From Bacilli bacterium (GTDB lineage: Bacteria; Bacillota_I; Bacilli_A; RFN20; CAG-826): 64,000 bases of DNA. The notes under the pieces are model-generated. The model searched no databases. It was not told the DNA's origin and was given only the letters and a program-made list of their open reading frames with translations. The DNA is taken from assembly GCA_028690575.1 (NCBI GenBank), contig JAQVAY010000001.1:1163-65162 (forward strand), written 5' to 3'. Of the stretch, positions 1 to 11,976 are shown in pieces (position 1 is the first letter of the stretch; every line of letters begins with the position of its first letter). The translations under genes were made by a program, and so were the position numbers.

Positions 1-307
1 CCGCAAATCCATAGCGACCTTTGTGATCACCAATGACAACGAGAGCGGTAAATTTCATGCGGCGTCCACCTTTGACGGTTTTGCTGACGCGGTTGATGAA
101 AACTACACGATCATCGAATTCTTTTGGTTCATTGCGGCGGTCAGGGCGTTTTCCACCTTGACGAGGACCACGGCGATCACCGCGAGGACCGCGACGATCG
201 TTGGAGCGAGGAGCTTGACCCGCGTCTGGTTTAGCTTCGACTGGGGCTTCAGCAGTGACTTTGGCGTCATCGGCTTCAACACCGACGATTTTCTTTTCTT
301 CTTCCAC
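1..307 (-). CDS. rpsE: 30S ribosomal protein S5, N-terminal part (C-terminus runs off the window edge). GTG start, preceded by GGAGG.
   Basis: The minus-strand translation reads ...[37 protein letters not shown], typical of S5. An R/G-rich N-terminus and the position after rplR in the spc operon agree. Confidence 0.8.
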   Translation of the reverse strand, partial: MEEEKKIVGVEADDAKVTAEAPVEAKPDAGQAPRSNDRRGPRGDRRGPRQGGKRPDRRNEPKEFDDRVVFINRVSKTVKGGRRMKFTALVVIGDHKGRYGFA

Positions 308-321
308 TATTGATTTCCTCC

Positions 322-678
322 TTAGAATACTAAGCCAGCTTCACGAGCGGCTTCAGCTAACGCTTTGATACGACCATGATAGATATATCCGGATCGATCG
401 AAGACGATGGTTTTTATTTTGAGAGCAATCGCTTTTTCCGCGATGTCTTTTCCGACGAGTTTGGCTCCTTGGATGTTTCCGCCGTTTTCACTTTTTAAAG
501 CGACAGTGGAGGAACTTACTAAGGTGAGACCTTTGACGTCGTCGATGAGTTGTGCCTCAATATTCTTATTAGAACGATAGACACATAATCTTGGTTTGTC
601 CGCAGTTCCAGAAATTTTGGTTCTGACACGGGCATGACGTCTCAAACGAGAGACATTCTTTGGTTCTTTTTTTACCAT
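322..678 (-). CDS. rplR: 50S ribosomal protein L18
   Basis: Six-frame ORF of 118 aa with L18-like sequence ([16 protein letters not shown]); spc operon order. Confidence 0.9.
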   Translation of the reverse strand: MVKKEPKNVSRLRRHARVRTKISGTADKPRLCVYRSNKNIEAQLIDDVKGLTLVSSSTVALKSENGGNIQGAKLVGKDIAEKAIALKIKTIVFDRSGYIYHGRIKALAEAAREAGLVF

Positions 679-698
679 AATTATTTCCTACCTTTCTA

Positions 699-1244
699 TT
701 AAGCTTTTGCAGTGGCTCGTTTGCCTTCTTTTGTAGCAACGAACTCACCTTTGTAACGAATACCTTTGCCAAGATATGGCTCTGGTGGGCGAACTCCGCG
801 AATGAGAGCAGATGTTTGGCCGACCGCTTGCTTATTGACGCCACTGACTTCAATGTGAGTAGGGTCAATAATTTTAATGGCCACGCCTGGTTCTGGTTCG
901 ATTACCACTGTGTGGCTATAACCGGCCCAGAGTTCAACGGCTTTGCCTTTTAAGGCAGCTTTGAATCCAATACCGACCATCTCGATTACTTTGGCATAGC
1001 CTTTAGTAACTCCGACGATAGCGTTGGCGACATTAGCGCGGGTAGTTCCGTGATTTTGTTTGGTTTGTTTCTCTTCGTTCAAGCGGACGAAGGACATGAT
1101 GTTACCATCAACTTTCACTTCGATGCCGGAATTGATGAGGACGTCTTCTTCACCTTTTGGGCCTTTGACGTGCATGACACCTGGTTTAATTTCGTAGGTG
1201 ACACCAGCAGGGATTTCAATATGTTTATTTCCAATACGTGACAT
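699..1244 (-). CDS. rplF: 50S ribosomal protein L6. Start moved to the internal ATG (MSRIGNK), which is preceded by GGAGGAAG.
   Basis: MSRIGNKHIEIPAGV is the typical L6 N-terminus; the ORF-track start would overlap rpsH. Confidence 0.9.
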   Translation of the reverse strand: MSRIGNKHIEIPAGVTYEIKPGVMHVKGPKGEEDVLINSGIEVKVDGNIMSFVRLNEEKQTKQNHGTTRANVANAIVGVTKGYAKVIEMVGIGFKAALKGKAVELWAGYSHTVVIEPEPGVAIKIIDPTHIEVSGVNKQAVGQTSALIRGVRPPEPYLGKGIRYKGEFVATKEGKRATAKA

Positions 1245-1255
1245 ATATCTTCCTC

Positions 1256-1648
1256 CTACCAAACGTAAGCGATTACTTCACCACCGATACCAAGAGTACG
1301 AGCTTTTGCGTCAGTCATAACTCCTTGTGAGGTGGAAATAATTGCGATACCTAAACCCTTGAGAACGCGTGGGAGTTTCTCAACTCCGACTTGAACTCTC
1401 AACCCTGGTTTAGAGATTTTTTTAACTCCGGAGATAACACGTGTGCCATCACCAGCGTATTTTAAGGTAATTGATAATTCCTTTTTTACTTCACCCTTGA
1501 CTTTATATTCAACGATGAAACCTTCTTCTTTTAAGATCTTGGCAATTTCAGCTTTCATCTTGCTAGAAGGCATTTTGACACTTTCGTATTGTAATTGATT
1601 AGCATTGCGGATTCTTGTGAGCATATCCGCGATTGGATCAGTCATCAT
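1256..1648 (-). CDS. rpsH: 30S ribosomal protein S8
   Basis: [15 protein letters not shown] is the S8 signature N-terminus. Confidence 0.92.
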   Translation of the reverse strand: MMTDPIADMLTRIRNANQLQYESVKMPSSKMKAEIAKILKEEGFIVEYKVKGEVKKELSITLKYAGDGTRVISGVKKISKPGLRVQVGVEKLPRVLKGLGIAIISTSQGVMTDAKARTLGIGGEVIAYVW

Positions 1649-1669
1649 AATTAATCGATATCCTCCTTT

Positions 1670-1855
1670 TTACCAAGATGCTTTTTTCATGCCGGGAATT
1701 TCGCCCTTGTAAGCGAGTTCTCTTAAGCAAATGCGGCAGAGATGGAATTTTGAATAGACAGAGTGAGGACGTCCACAACGTTCACAACGTGTATATTCTC
1801 TAACCTTAAACTTTTGAGGTCTAGATTGACGAACTTTTTGACTTGTTTTTGCCAT
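1670..1855 (-). CDS. rpsZ: 30S ribosomal protein S14 type Z (zinc-binding, 61 aa)
   Basis: 61 aa with a C-x2-C...C-x2-C zinc motif ([20 protein letters not shown]); lies between rplE and rpsH. Confidence 0.9.
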   Translation of the reverse strand: MAKTSQKVRQSRPQKFKVREYTRCERCGRPHSVYSKFHLCRICLRELAYKGEIPGMKKASW

Positions 1856-1869
1856 GTTATTCTCCTCTC

Positions 1870-2598
1870 TTATCTATGGAATGGCACGCCCAATAATTCT
1901 AATAATGAGTATGCTTCCTTATCCGTTTTTGCAGTAGTGACAACAACGATGTCCATACCGCGAACCTTCGCCACTTTATCGAAATCGATTTCGGGGAAGA
2001 TTAATTGTTCTTTAATTCCGAATGTGTAATTGCCACGGCCATCAAAGGCATTGCGGGAAACACCACGGAAGTCACGAACGCGAGGGAGAGCGATGGAAAT
2101 TAACTTATCGAAGAAATCCCACATTCTCAAACCTCTTAAGGTTACTTTGCAACCAATTTCCTGTCCTTCTCTTAATTTGAAGGTAGCAATGGATTTTTTC
2201 GCTTTGGTAATGACTGGTTTTTGACCAGTAATTGCGGTTAGTTCAGCGACAGCTTCTTCTAATCGTTTGCTATCTTGGGTGGCATCGCCAACACCAATGT
2301 TAATAACGATTTTCTCTAAGCCTGGAATTTCCATAACTGAGGTATATTTGTATGTTTCATGCAAAGATTTTTTTACTTCGCTTTCATAGCGAGCTTTAAG
2401 TCTGTTGACTACTTTAGCAGCTTTGTTACCGGTGGATGCTTTTTTAGCGGCTGGCTTCTTGGCTTTTGGAGCTTCAACGACTTCAACTTTTACTTCTTCA
2501 GCAACAGGAGCAACTTCTTTTGCAACCTTTGCTTTTGGGGCAGCGCTAGGAGATTTCTTAGCAGCTGGCTTTTTGACAACTTTTATTTCTTCGGCCAT
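1870..2598 (-). CDS. rplE: 50S ribosomal protein L5 with a roughly 55-aa K/A/P/E-rich N-terminal extension. Start trimmed to the ATG after GGAGGT, 13 nt downstream of the rplX stop.
   Basis: The canonical L5 core begins at [12 protein letters not shown]; the ORF-track start would overlap rplX by 98 nt. Confidence 0.88.
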   Translation of the reverse strand: MAEEIKVVKKPAAKKSPSAAPKAKVAKEVAPVAEEVKVEVVEAPKAKKPAAKKASTGNKAAKVVNRLKARYESEVKKSLHETYKYTSVMEIPGLEKIVINIGVGDATQDSKRLEEAVAELTAITGQKPVITKAKKSIATFKLREGQEIGCKVTLRGLRMWDFFDKLISIALPRVRDFRGVSRNAFDGRGNYTFGIKEQLIFPEIDFDKVAKVRGMDIVVVTTAKTDKEAYSLLELLGVPFHR

Positions 2599-2611
2599 AA
2601 CTAATACCTCC

Positions 2612-2917
2612 TTATAGCACTTGTCCGCTCTTCTTAGCAAAACGGACTTTCTTTCCTTTGACTTCTTTATGACCAACGCGTGTTGGTTTTTTGGTCTTAG
2701 GATCTTCAAGCATCACATTACTAGCGTCGATTGGAGCGTAAACTTCAACGATGCTACCTTCTGGACTAGCTTGTGTTGGTTTTTTGTGTTTCTTACGAAC
2801 GTTAACATTCTCAACGACAACACGATTGGTTTCAGGAATGACTTTTTGAATCACACCAGTTTTGCCTTTATCGCGGCCGGCGATGACGATAACTTTATCG
2901 CCTTTCACTAAATTCAT
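2612..2917 (-). CDS. rplX: 50S ribosomal protein L24
   Basis: [21 protein letters not shown], a KOW-domain L24 signature. Confidence 0.92.
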   Translation of the reverse strand: MNLVKGDKVIVIAGRDKGKTGVIQKVIPETNRVVVENVNVRKKHKKPTQASPEGSIVEVYAPIDASNVMLEDPKTKKPTRVGHKEVKGKKVRFAKKSGQVL

Positions 2918-2929
2918 AATGGTAACCTC

Positions 2930-3307
2930 CTATAACACTTCGGTAGCGAGGGAGACAATTTTCATGAATCCATCGACACCAGTTTCACGTAACTCACGTG
3001 CCACGGGTCCAAAGACACGTGTGCCCACGGGTACGTTTTCTTCAGTAATAATCACTACGGCATTATCAGCGAATGAGATCGTTGAACCGTCGCGACGACC
3101 GACAGCTTTTTTAACACGGACGATAACGCATCTAACGATATCACCCTTTTTCACTTTGCTATTTGGGACAGCATCTTTAACGGCAGCGAGGACGACATCG
3201 CCTAAGCTGCTGGTTTTACGATGACTACCACCATAGAGGTTGAAAGCACGAACTGAACGAGCCCCACTGTTGTCAGCAACAACGAGGTTTGTTTCCTTTT
3301 GAATCAT
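2930..3307 (-). CDS. rplN: 50S ribosomal protein L14
   Basis: [17 protein letters not shown] is the L14 signature; 125 aa. Confidence 0.95.
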   Translation of the reverse strand: MIQKETNLVVADNSGARSVRAFNLYGGSHRKTSSLGDVVLAAVKDAVPNSKVKKGDIVRCVIVRVKKAVGRRDGSTISFADNAVVIITEENVPVGTRVFGPVARELRETGVDGFMKIVSLATEVL

Positions 3308-3309
3308 AC

Positions 3310-3777
3310 TTATTCTTCCTCCTTTTTCTCTTGGGAAGCTTTCTTAGCCGCTACTTTCTTCGCCGCAGGTTTCTCAGCAGGTTCTTCTGCCTTGACTTCT
3401 TCGACTTGAGTTTTTACTTCTTCGACTACTTCCACTACTGGTTGTTCTTTTTCTGGAAGTTGAGCTTCGAGAATTTCTTCTTTTAATTCAGCTTCTGCTT
3501 GTTTAATTGATAATTCAGCTTTTTTATCGATGCTTACTAAACGGAAACGTTTTGTAGCACTGAGGCGACGGGTTTCCATAATGGTCACGGTATCGCCGAC
3601 TTTAGCTTCGTTATTTTCATCGTGAGCGTAGTATTTTTTACTATATTTCACGCGTTTTCCATAGATTGGGTGCTTCCTATGGGTGCCAACTTGGACGACA
3701 ATTGTCTTGTCATTCTTATCGCTGACGACCACACCTTGAATAGTGCGTCTTGCCTGGGTTTCTCTTTCCATAGACAA
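3310..3777 (-). CDS. rpsQ: 30S ribosomal protein S17 with a roughly 70-aa acidic/lysine-rich C-terminal extension
   Basis: S17 core ([19 protein letters not shown]...RFRLVSI) followed by an EEVK/AKK low-complexity tail; 155 aa against about 85 aa normally. Confidence 0.9.
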   Translation of the reverse strand: MSMERETQARRTIQGVVVSDKNDKTIVVQVGTHRKHPIYGKRVKYSKKYYAHDENNEAKVGDTVTIMETRRLSATKRFRLVSIDKKAELSIKQAEAELKEEILEAQLPEKEQPVVEVVEEVKTQVEEVKAEEPAEKPAAKKVAAKKASQEKKEEE

Positions 3778-3785
3778 TATCCTCC

Positions 3786-3983
3786 TTATTTGCTTTCTAG
3801 TTCTCTTTCGCGGAGAACCATGTTGATGCGAGCGATATCTTTGCGAACGACAATGACATCCTCACCTCTTGGTAGAGCTCCAACCGCTTTCTTGCGACGG
3901 AGTTCGAAGAGTTGTTCTTTGAGCGAGTATAATTTGTCTTTTAAGTCGCTCGTGGTTAATTCACGTACTTCATTAATTTTCAT
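3786..3983 (-). CDS. rpmC: 50S ribosomal protein L29
   Basis: 65 aa, coiled-coil L29-like; lies between rplP and rpsQ. Confidence 0.85.
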   Translation of the reverse strand: MKINEVRELTTSDLKDKLYSLKEQLFELRRKKAVGALPRGEDVIVVRKDIARINMVLRERELESK

Positions 3984-3986
3984 AAA

Positions 3987-4400
3987 TTATTCCTCACCTT
4001 TCTTTACAACTTTACATTTGATTGGGAGTTTGTACGCAGCGAGGCGTAACGCTTCTCTCATATCTTCGGCTTCACAGCCTGCCATTTCAAACATGACAGT
4101 GCCGGCCTTAACAACAGCCACCCAGTCTTCTGGATTTCCTTTACCGGAACCCATACGTACTTCGGCTGGTTTCTTGGTTTTTGCTAACTGTGGGAAAATT
4201 CTGATCCAGATTTGTCCACCGCGTTTTGTGTAACGAGCAAGGACAACACGGGCTGACTCGATTTGACGAGTAGTGATCCATGCACCTTCTAGAGCTTCGA
4301 GACCATATTCACCAAAGGCAACGGTTAAACAGGAAGTCGCTTTTCCTTCATATCTAATGATATGTGGGCGACGATACTTAACTCTTTTTGGTTGTAACAT
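3987..4400 (-). CDS. rplP: 50S ribosomal protein L16
   Basis: [13 protein letters not shown]... with RMGSGKG and the other L16 signatures. Confidence 0.95.
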   Translation of the reverse strand: MLQPKRVKYRRPHIIRYEGKATSCLTVAFGEYGLEALEGAWITTRQIESARVVLARYTKRGGQIWIRIFPQLAKTKKPAEVRMGSGKGNPEDWVAVVKAGTVMFEMAGCEAEDMREALRLAAYKLPIKCKVVKKGEE

Positions 4401-4402
4401 GA

Positions 4403-5083
4403 CTATTCTCCTTTCCCTTCAGAAGATTTCTTTTGAAGTTCGGGGCGAATTTCTCCGCGACAGATCCACACTTTGATACCTAAACGACCATAGGTGGTAG
4501 CGGCTTCAGCAACGGCGTAGTCGATATCGCTACGTAAGGTATGTAGAGGGATAATTCCTTCTTTATATCCTTCGCTACGGGCAATATCAGCACCAGCTAA
4601 ACGTCCAGAGATTAAGGTACGGCAACCTTTAGCGCCGGCTTTGCGAACTCTTTGGATAGCTTTCTTTTGGGCAGTTCTGAATGAGGCTCTTTCTTCAATT
4701 TGCTTAGCAATGGAGCAAGCGACGATACGAGCATCGAGATCAGGGTTCTTCACTTCGACGACATCGACACGGACTTCACCACCGCTAATTAATTTGTTCA
4801 AATCTTCTTTAATTTTGTTGATGTTCTTGCCATCTTGACCGATAACCACACCAGGGCGAGCCACAAAGATCATAACAACGACTTTGTAACCTTTATCTGT
4901 TTTGGTTCTTTCGATTTCAATGTGGGAGAGCATCGCATCTTTTAGGTTCGCTTCGAGATATTGACGAATCTTAATATCTTGATTGAGGAACACATGGTAT
5001 TCTTGGTCATCGGCGTACCAACGAGAATTCCAATTCTTGTTGATGCCAATTCGCATACCTATTGGACTAACTTTTTGACCCAT
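4403..5083 (-). CDS. rpsC: 30S ribosomal protein S3
   Basis: [18 protein letters not shown] is the S3 KH-domain signature. Confidence 0.95.
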   Translation of the reverse strand: MGQKVSPIGMRIGINKNWNSRWYADDQEYHVFLNQDIKIRQYLEANLKDAMLSHIEIERTKTDKGYKVVVMIFVARPGVVIGQDGKNINKIKEDLNKLISGGEVRVDVVEVKNPDLDARIVACSIAKQIEERASFRTAQKKAIQRVRKAGAKGCRTLISGRLAGADIARSEGYKEGIIPLHTLRSDIDYAVAEAATTYGRLGIKVWICRGEIRPELQKKSSEGKGE

Positions 5084-5094
5084 TGTAATTCCTC

Positions 5095-5613
5095 CTATTT
5101 CATTTTAACTACCACAGTAATGTGGGAGCTTCTCTTCACTAAACCGGAAGCAGAACCTTTTGCTCTCGGTAAGAAGCGTTTCATTCTTAAGCCATCGCAC
5201 GCGTATATTTCAGAGATGAATAAGCGATCGGCATCCATCCCGAAGTTGTTAGTAGCATTGGCGGCCGCTGATTTGATGGTTTTGATGACTGGCTCGCTTG
5301 CAGCGCGATTAACGTTTGCGAGGATACCAAGTGCAACTTTGACGTCTTTTCCGCGGACTAAGTCGATTACCAAGCGAACTTTACGAGGAGTGACGCGAAC
5401 GTTCTTGGAGATTGCTTGCGCCTCTGTTGGGGTTGGTTTTTTTGGTTTTTCAACTTTCTTTGGCTCTTCTTTAGCCACAGCCTTGGCTTTCTTGACCGCG
5501 GGTTTCTTTGCTTTAGGAGTTTCAACTACTTCAGTGGCCTTAACTTCTTCAACTGGAGCGGCTGCTTCTTTAACAACTGCTTTCTTAGAAGTGGCTTTCT
5601 TTTCTGTTGCCAT
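5095..5613 (-). CDS. rplV: 50S ribosomal protein L22 with a roughly 60-aa K/A/E-rich N-terminal extension
   Basis: The L22 core (RVTPRKVRLVIDLVRGK...SHITVVV) is preceded by an AKK/PKK low-complexity stretch. Confidence 0.9.
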   Translation of the reverse strand: MATEKKATSKKAVVKEAAAPVEEVKATEVVETPKAKKPAVKKAKAVAKEEPKKVEKPKKPTPTEAQAISKNVRVTPRKVRLVIDLVRGKDVKVALGILANVNRAASEPVIKTIKSAAANATNNFGMDADRLFISEIYACDGLRMKRFLPRAKGSASGLVKRSSHITVVVKMK

Positions 5614-5624
5614 ATTTATTCCTC

Positions 5625-5912
5625 CTATTTAGCCGCGGCGGACTTATCAGTCGCACCACTACCGTGACCGGTGAACTTGCGGGTAGGTGAAAATTCACCT
5701 AATTTATGACCGACCATATCTTCAGTGATATAGACAGTGATGTGTTCTTTTCCGTTATAAACAGCAAAGGTGAGACCGACAAATGATGGATAAATTGTTG
5801 AACGACGAGACCAAGTCTTAATGATTTCCTTTTTGTGGGAAGCATTAAGTCTTTCGACCTTTTTCATCAATGATTCATCGACGAAGGCACCTTTTTTCAA
5901 ACTTCTTGCCAT
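5625..5912 (-). CDS. rpsS: 30S ribosomal protein S19
   Basis: [19 protein letters not shown] is the S19 signature. Confidence 0.95.
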   Translation of the reverse strand: MARSLKKGAFVDESLMKKVERLNASHKKEIIKTWSRRSTIYPSFVGLTFAVYNGKEHITVYITEDMVGHKLGEFSPTRKFTGHGSGATDKSAAAK

Positions 5913-5927
5913 AATCAGTTTCCTCCT

Positions 5928-6761
5928 TTACTTACCGTTCCGGCGACGGATTATTAACTTGCCGGATGATTTCTTCGCATCTCTAGTTTTCACGCCAAGA
6001 GCGCGTTTGCCCCAAGGTGTACGTGGTGCGTCGCGTCCAATAGGGGACTTGCCTTCACCACCGCCATGTGGGTGATCGACTGGGTTCATTGCGGAACCAC
6101 GGACGGTTGGTCTCATACCTAACCATCTATTCTTGCCCGCTTTTCCTTTGTTAATGAGGTTCCAATCTCCGTTACCGACAGTACCAACAGTGGCACGGCA
6201 GTCTCCTAAGACTTTTCTCATTTCTCCGGAAGCGAGACGAAGCATTACGTATTTTCCTTCATTACCAAGGACTTGAGCGGCAGTGCCGGCTGCGCGGCAT
6301 AATTGACCGCCTTTACCTGGTTCTAGTTCAACGTTATGAACGAATGTACCTTCAGGAATATTCTTTAAGCACATTGCATTTCCAGGCATGATATCAACGA
6401 CTTCACCAGATAAAACTTTGTAGCCGATTTTGATATCTTTTGGCGCGAGAATGTATCGTTTTTCACCATCGATGTAGGTAATTAAACAGATATTTGCGTT
6501 GCGGTTTGGATCATACTCGATGGTTTTCACAGTTGCTGGGATGTTGTCTTTATTACGCTTGAAGTCAACTAAACGATATTTGCGTTTATGACCTCCACCA
6601 ATGTGGCGGCAGGTGATGACACCTTGATTATTACGTCCGCCTGACTTGGATAATGATACTAATAGACTTTTCTCAGGAGTGTTCGTTGTGATTTCACCAA
6701 ATGTCGAGTTTGTCATGTTCCTACGGCTTGCTGACGTAGGTTTGTAAGTTCTGATAGACAT
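5928..6761 (-). CDS. rplB: 50S ribosomal protein L2
   Basis: 277 aa with the [14 protein letters not shown] and GGGHKR motifs. Confidence 0.95.
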   Translation of the reverse strand: MSIRTYKPTSASRRNMTNSTFGEITTNTPEKSLLVSLSKSGGRNNQGVITCRHIGGGHKRKYRLVDFKRNKDNIPATVKTIEYDPNRNANICLITYIDGEKRYILAPKDIKIGYKVLSGEVVDIMPGNAMCLKNIPEGTFVHNVELEPGKGGQLCRAAGTAAQVLGNEGKYVMLRLASGEMRKVLGDCRATVGTVGNGDWNLINKGKAGKNRWLGMRPTVRGSAMNPVDHPHGGGEGKSPIGRDAPRTPWGKRALGVKTRDAKKSSGKLIIRRRNGK

Positions 6762-6797
6762 TTGTCTTCCTCCTATAATTTGGAATTAACCATTAGG

Positions 6798-7142
6798 TTA
6801 TTCCTTGAAGAGGTCGATGGCTTCGCCTTCTGCAATTGAAACCACGGCCTTCTTATATCCAGAGATTGAACCAGCATAACGGGTTCCTCTGGTTGTATCC
6901 TTGCTACGAACATTGCTGACTTTGACATCAACGACTTTCACTTTGAATAATCTTTGGAAAGCTAATTTGATATCGGTCTTGTTTGCTGAGGCGAGGACTT
7001 TGACTGTGACTTTGTTCTCATTTTGCATGAGAGCCATACTCTTTTCTGTAATTACAGGTTTGAGAATGACTTGGAAGTCTTTATCAGTCGCTTTTTTGAA
7101 GTTTGCGGAAGTTTTTACTTCAGCTTTCTTTTTGGCTGCCAT
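6798..7142 (-). CDS. rplW: 50S ribosomal protein L23 with a roughly 20-aa N-terminal extension
   Basis: VILKPVITEKSM is the L23 core. Confidence 0.9.
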   Translation of the reverse strand: MAAKKKAEVKTSANFKKATDKDFQVILKPVITEKSMALMQNENKVTVKVLASANKTDIKLAFQRLFKVKVVDVKVSNVRSKDTTRGTRYAGSISGYKKAVVSIAEGEAIDLFKE

Positions 7143-7143
7143 A

Positions 7144-7782
7144 TTACTTTAATGCCTCCTCTACTTCTTTCACTGCTTCTTTGCTCATGATTACGTGATT
7201 GACATTAAGTAAATCGGTAACACTTACATTGTCCGCAGTCACAACTCTTGCGTAACCAACATTGCGGGAAGCTTTGAAAATATCCATATCAATTGCTTTA
7301 ACGACAACGAGGGTTTTAGAATCAGCCTTTAGGGCTTCAAGGAAGGAGACAAATGCTTTTGTTTTTCCTTCTTCGAATTTGATGCTATCAATAACCTTTA
7401 GACCATCTTTAACTTTTAATGTTAAGGCGCTCTTTAAGGCTAAGTTGTGTTCTTTTTTGTTTTGAGAAATCTTGTAGTTTTGATTTCCCACTGGTCCGAA
7501 GACCGTTCCGCCTCCAACCCAGATTGGCGAGCGGCTTGAACCAGCACGAGCACGACCGGTTCCTTTTTGTCTCCATGGTTTTTTACCACCACCACTGACT
7601 TCGTGACGAACTTTTGTCTTTGCGGTTGCTTGACGGGAGTTCGCTTGATCGACTTGAACGGCGTCGAACATCGCTTGTTGGTGTGGTTCGATTCCGAAGA
7701 CGCTAGCATCTAATGCAATTTTGGAAACTTCTGCGCCAGTCATATCGTAGACTTTGACGCTAACTGATTTCTTTTCTGCCAT
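7144..7782 (-). CDS. rplD: 50S ribosomal protein L4
   Basis: 212 aa, L4-like; sits between rplC and rplW. Confidence 0.9.
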   Translation of the reverse strand: MAEKKSVSVKVYDMTGAEVSKIALDASVFGIEPHQQAMFDAVQVDQANSRQATAKTKVRHEVSGGGKKPWRQKGTGRARAGSSRSPIWVGGGTVFGPVGNQNYKISQNKKEHNLALKSALTLKVKDGLKVIDSIKFEEGKTKAFVSFLEALKADSKTLVVVKAIDMDIFKASRNVGYARVVTADNVSVTDLLNVNHVIMSKEAVKEVEEALK

Positions 7783-7803
7783 GTTCTAGTTCTCCTTCCG
7801 TTC

Positions 7804-8553
7804 CTATTCAACTTTTGCTGCTTCGGCAACGGCAACTTCTTCAACAGGAGCTACTTCTGAGATAACTTCTGCAACGTCAGAGGCTTTGCGAACGAGCAAA
7901 TTTTTGATTACTTTTGGATTTTTGACATCCTTAACTGCGCTTCTAATAGTCACAATTGCTTTTTTGGTTCCTGGAATTCCACCCTTAATGAGGATGTAGT
8001 TCTTTTCAGTGTTGACATCCACAACGTAGAGGTTCAACAGAGTGACTGACTCGTTTCCGTAGTGTCCAGACATGTGCTTTCCAGGCATAACACCATGGTT
8101 GTAACGACCATTGTTTGCAAATGATCCTTGTCCGCGATGGTAACCAGATCCGTGACCTTTAGGACCAATCTTTTGGTTCCAGCGTTTAATGACACCAGAG
8201 AAGCCGTGTCCTTTTCCTGTTCCAACGACATCAACGACATCGCCTTTTTTGAATAAGTCGGCGGTAATGGCATCACCTAATTGGTAGCCAGCCATTTCAT
8301 CTCCTCTTAATTCAGCGTGAACTTGGTGTGGGACTGTGTTGGCTTTTTTAGCGATTCCAACTTCACATTTGTTAGCACGAGAAGCTTTTAATTCCTCATA
8401 GCCCACTTGTACTGCCACATAACCGTGTTTTTCTAATGTTTTAACTTGGGTGACAATGTTTGGTAAGACTTCAACGACGGTAACGGGATACATTGTTCCA
8501 TCTTCAGCGAAGACTTCAGTCATGCCCATTTTTCGGCCTAATATTGCTTTCAT
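7804..8553 (-). CDS. rplC: 50S ribosomal protein L3 with a roughly 35-aa acidic/alanine-rich C-terminal tail
   Basis: [15 protein letters not shown] is the L3 signature; 249 aa against about 210 aa normally. Confidence 0.9.
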   Translation of the reverse strand: MKAILGRKMGMTEVFAEDGTMYPVTVVEVLPNIVTQVKTLEKHGYVAVQVGYEELKASRANKCEVGIAKKANTVPHQVHAELRGDEMAGYQLGDAITADLFKKGDVVDVVGTGKGHGFSGVIKRWNQKIGPKGHGSGYHRGQGSFANNGRYNHGVMPGKHMSGHYGNESVTLLNLYVVDVNTEKNYILIKGGIPGTKKAIVTIRSAVKDVKNPKVIKNLLVRKASDVAEVISEVAPVEEVAVAEAAKVE

Positions 8554-8567
8554 TTTGTCTTACCTCC

Positions 8568-8879
8568 TTATAGTTTGATTTCGATATCAACTCCAGATGG
8601 TAGATCGAGATTTTTTAATGCGTCGATTGTTTCTTTCTTGGGATTGGTAATATCGATAATACGTTTGTGTGTACGAATTTCAAATTGCTCACGAGAATCT
8701 TTGTACTTGTGAACCGCTCTTAAAATCGTATAGACTTGCTTTTCCGTCGGGAGCGGAATGGGACCTAAAACGGTCGCCCCAGTTTTTTTCGCTGCATCAA
8801 CAATCTTGCCAGCACTCAAATCGAGATTAGCATGATCATAAGCTTTTAAGCGAACCCGAATCTTGGTAACTTTTGCCAT
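8568..8879 (-). CDS. rpsJ: 30S ribosomal protein S10. Start trimmed to MAKVTKIRV, preceded by GGAGGAAATTTC.
   Basis: S10 signature [10 protein letters not shown]...DIEIKL; it is the first gene of the S10 operon. Confidence 0.9.
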   Translation of the reverse strand: MAKVTKIRVRLKAYDHANLDLSAGKIVDAAKKTGATVLGPIPLPTEKQVYTILRAVHKYKDSREQFEIRTHKRIIDITNPKKETIDALKNLDLPSGVDIEIKL

Positions 8880-9012
8880 GAAATTTCCTCCTATATCATT
8901 TTCAGGCTTTGACTTTTGTTCCCTCTGCACGAATTCCCTGATACCCGTTTCATGACAACGCCTGTGGGTGTATCAGCAACCTCGCACATCAACGCGAACC
9001 GTCAACATGAAA

Positions 9013-9042
9013 AATATACTCCTATACACGTGAGCGTGTCAA
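9013..9042 (-). promoter_or_regulatory. Candidate sigma-A promoter of the S10 operon: TTGACA, 18 nt, TATATT on the minus strand. It is followed by a roughly 125-nt leader containing a CUGAUAC...GUAUCAG stem.
   Basis: Hexamers read from the reverse complement of 9013-9042; positions are approximate. Confidence 0.4.
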
Positions 9043-9173
9043 TAACTTTTAATAAATTAATAAATGATGCACTTTTAAGTCTATCTGAGTGCAATAAATG
9101 CTCATTAAAGCATAAAAAAATGGCCGTATTTTGTAAAAAAAGCCGATTTTTTTGTTAACTTTTTTGCAATTAA

Positions 9174-9809
9174 CTACTGTTTTTTGCTCTTTCGGTTTTG
9201 GTGATTTTGATATGAGAAAATGCAGCCACAATACTCTTGAAAATACATGTCTTGTTCTTTGATAATCAACAATGATTTTTCGTATCCATTGTCCTTTTTG
9301 AAATCTGCATAAAGCCATTTAGTTTTTTGATGGCTTTTTTGCAAGTCCTCGCCAATTTGGTTAATGTCTTCGGCGTTTTTGTACCGAGATATGGTCATCA
9401 CAGTTCCGTAATAATCAAAACCTTTAGACTCAGCGTAATCGAAACCGGCCGTTAATCTTTTCTTAAAACAAGCGCGACATCTCTCATGACCTTCCGCCAT
9501 GTTTCCATACTTCAGCAAATCTTTCATGTAGGTTGCATTATCATATGGTTCTTCAATCAAAGTTACTTTTGGGCACACGTCCCCAATATAGTCTTTTAAT
9601 TCTTTGAGACGCCGATAGTACTCTTCTTCAGGATAAATATTCGAATTATTATACATTACTGAAATTTTGAAAAAAGGAGCAAGTTCTTTAAATGGTATAG
9701 TGAAACAAGGCCCGCAACAAGCGTGCAATAAAAGAGATGGCTTATGTGAAATATCAATCAAATCAAGGGTATTTCGCAAAATCTTTTGATAATTCTTTCT
9801 ATTTGCCAT
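9174..9809 (-). CDS. queH: Epoxyqueuosine reductase QueH (DUF208)
   Basis: HACCGPC motif and a C-x-x-C pair; located next to queA and tgt. Start trimmed to MANRK because the longer ORF overlaps queA. Confidence 0.75.
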   Translation of the reverse strand: MANRKNYQKILRNTLDLIDISHKPSLLLHACCGPCFTIPFKELAPFFKISVMYNNSNIYPEEEYYRRLKELKDYIGDVCPKVTLIEEPYDNATYMKDLLKYGNMAEGHERCRACFKKRLTAGFDYAESKGFDYYGTVMTISRYKNAEDINQIGEDLQKSHQKTKWLYADFKKDNGYEKSLLIIKEQDMYFQEYCGCIFSYQNHQNRKSKKQ

Positions 9810-10829
9810 AAATGAACATTGCATCTCCAAAAGAAAAGAAACGATATTTTTTATCGACAGCGTGTTGATAAGCAAGGAGGGCAAAATCACGATCCATAAA
9901 AGCGGATACTAACATAAGCAAAGTAGACTTGGGGAGATGAAAATTTGTGACCAAAGCATCAACAACTTTGAATTTATATCCTGGCTGAATGAATATATTA
10001 GTAGACTCCCTTGTGGGTTTAAAAATACCATACTTTGAATAGTTTGCTTCCAGTGTTCTTACAGTAGTTGTTCCAACAGCAATGATTCGTTTTTTGCTTT
10101 CTTTTGCTGCGTTTAATATAACGCTAGATGATTCACTTATCTCATAAAGCTCACTATGCATTAGATGATCTTTGGTGTCAGTAACTTGAACGGGTCTAAA
10201 GGTTCCGAGACCAATATGAAGAGTGATATCAACAATCTGGACGCCAATCTTTTTTAATTCTTCAAAAATATCATCGGTAAAATGGAAACCTGCAGTCGGA
10301 GCAGCTGCGCTTCCTTCTAATTTTGCATAAACTGTTTGATAACGATCATTTGTGGTTATTTGTTTTTTGATGTACGGAGGAAGTGGCATTTTGCCTAATT
10401 TATCCAAAACTTCTAAAAATATACCTTGGTAGATAAACCGAAAAACTCTTAAGCCTTCATTTTTTTCTTCAATGCATTCAGCAATTAATTCGCCATCCCC
10501 AAAAATTACTCTAGAACCTATTTTAAGCGATTTTGCAGGTCTGCATAAGCATTCCCAGTCATCATTGATAATTTGTTTTAAAAGTAGAAGTTCACAGTGC
10601 GCACCAGTTTTTTCTTTTATGCCTAATAAGCGAGCAGGAATAACCTTGGTGTTGTTTCTAACCAAAACGTCTCCCTTATGGAAATATTTAATAATTTCAT
10701 AAAAATGTTCATCCTTTAATGTCTTCTCTCCATAATTGACGGCGAGTAGACGAGAATGATCACGTTTATCAGCCGGCTTTTGAGCAATAAGATCCTCAGG
10801 AAGAGGAAAATCAAATAGATTAATATCCA

Positions 10830-10830
<1 letters not shown>
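9799..10830 (-). CDS. queA: S-adenosylmethionine:tRNA ribosyltransferase-isomerase
   Basis: MDINLFDFPLPEDLIAQKPA is the QueA N-terminus; 343 aa. Confidence 0.9.
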
Positions 10831-11966
<1,136 letters not shown>

Positions 11967-11976
11967 TTAAACATTA

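Noticed and set aside
23-313. 96-aa plus-strand ORF at the window start
   Set aside because: It lies antisense to a clearly recognisable rpsE (S5) coding sequence, so it is a shadow ORF.
3622-5632. Long plus-strand ORFs (203 aa and 223 aa) inside the r-protein operon
   Set aside because: They are antisense to rpsQ/rpmC/rplP and rpsC/rplV, have low-complexity composition and no RBS. They are shadow ORFs of highly expressed genes.
9810-9890. N-terminal extension of queH in the ORF track
   Set aside because: It would overlap queA by about 90 nt; the internal ATGs (MQCSF or MANRK) give a conventional, shorter QueH.
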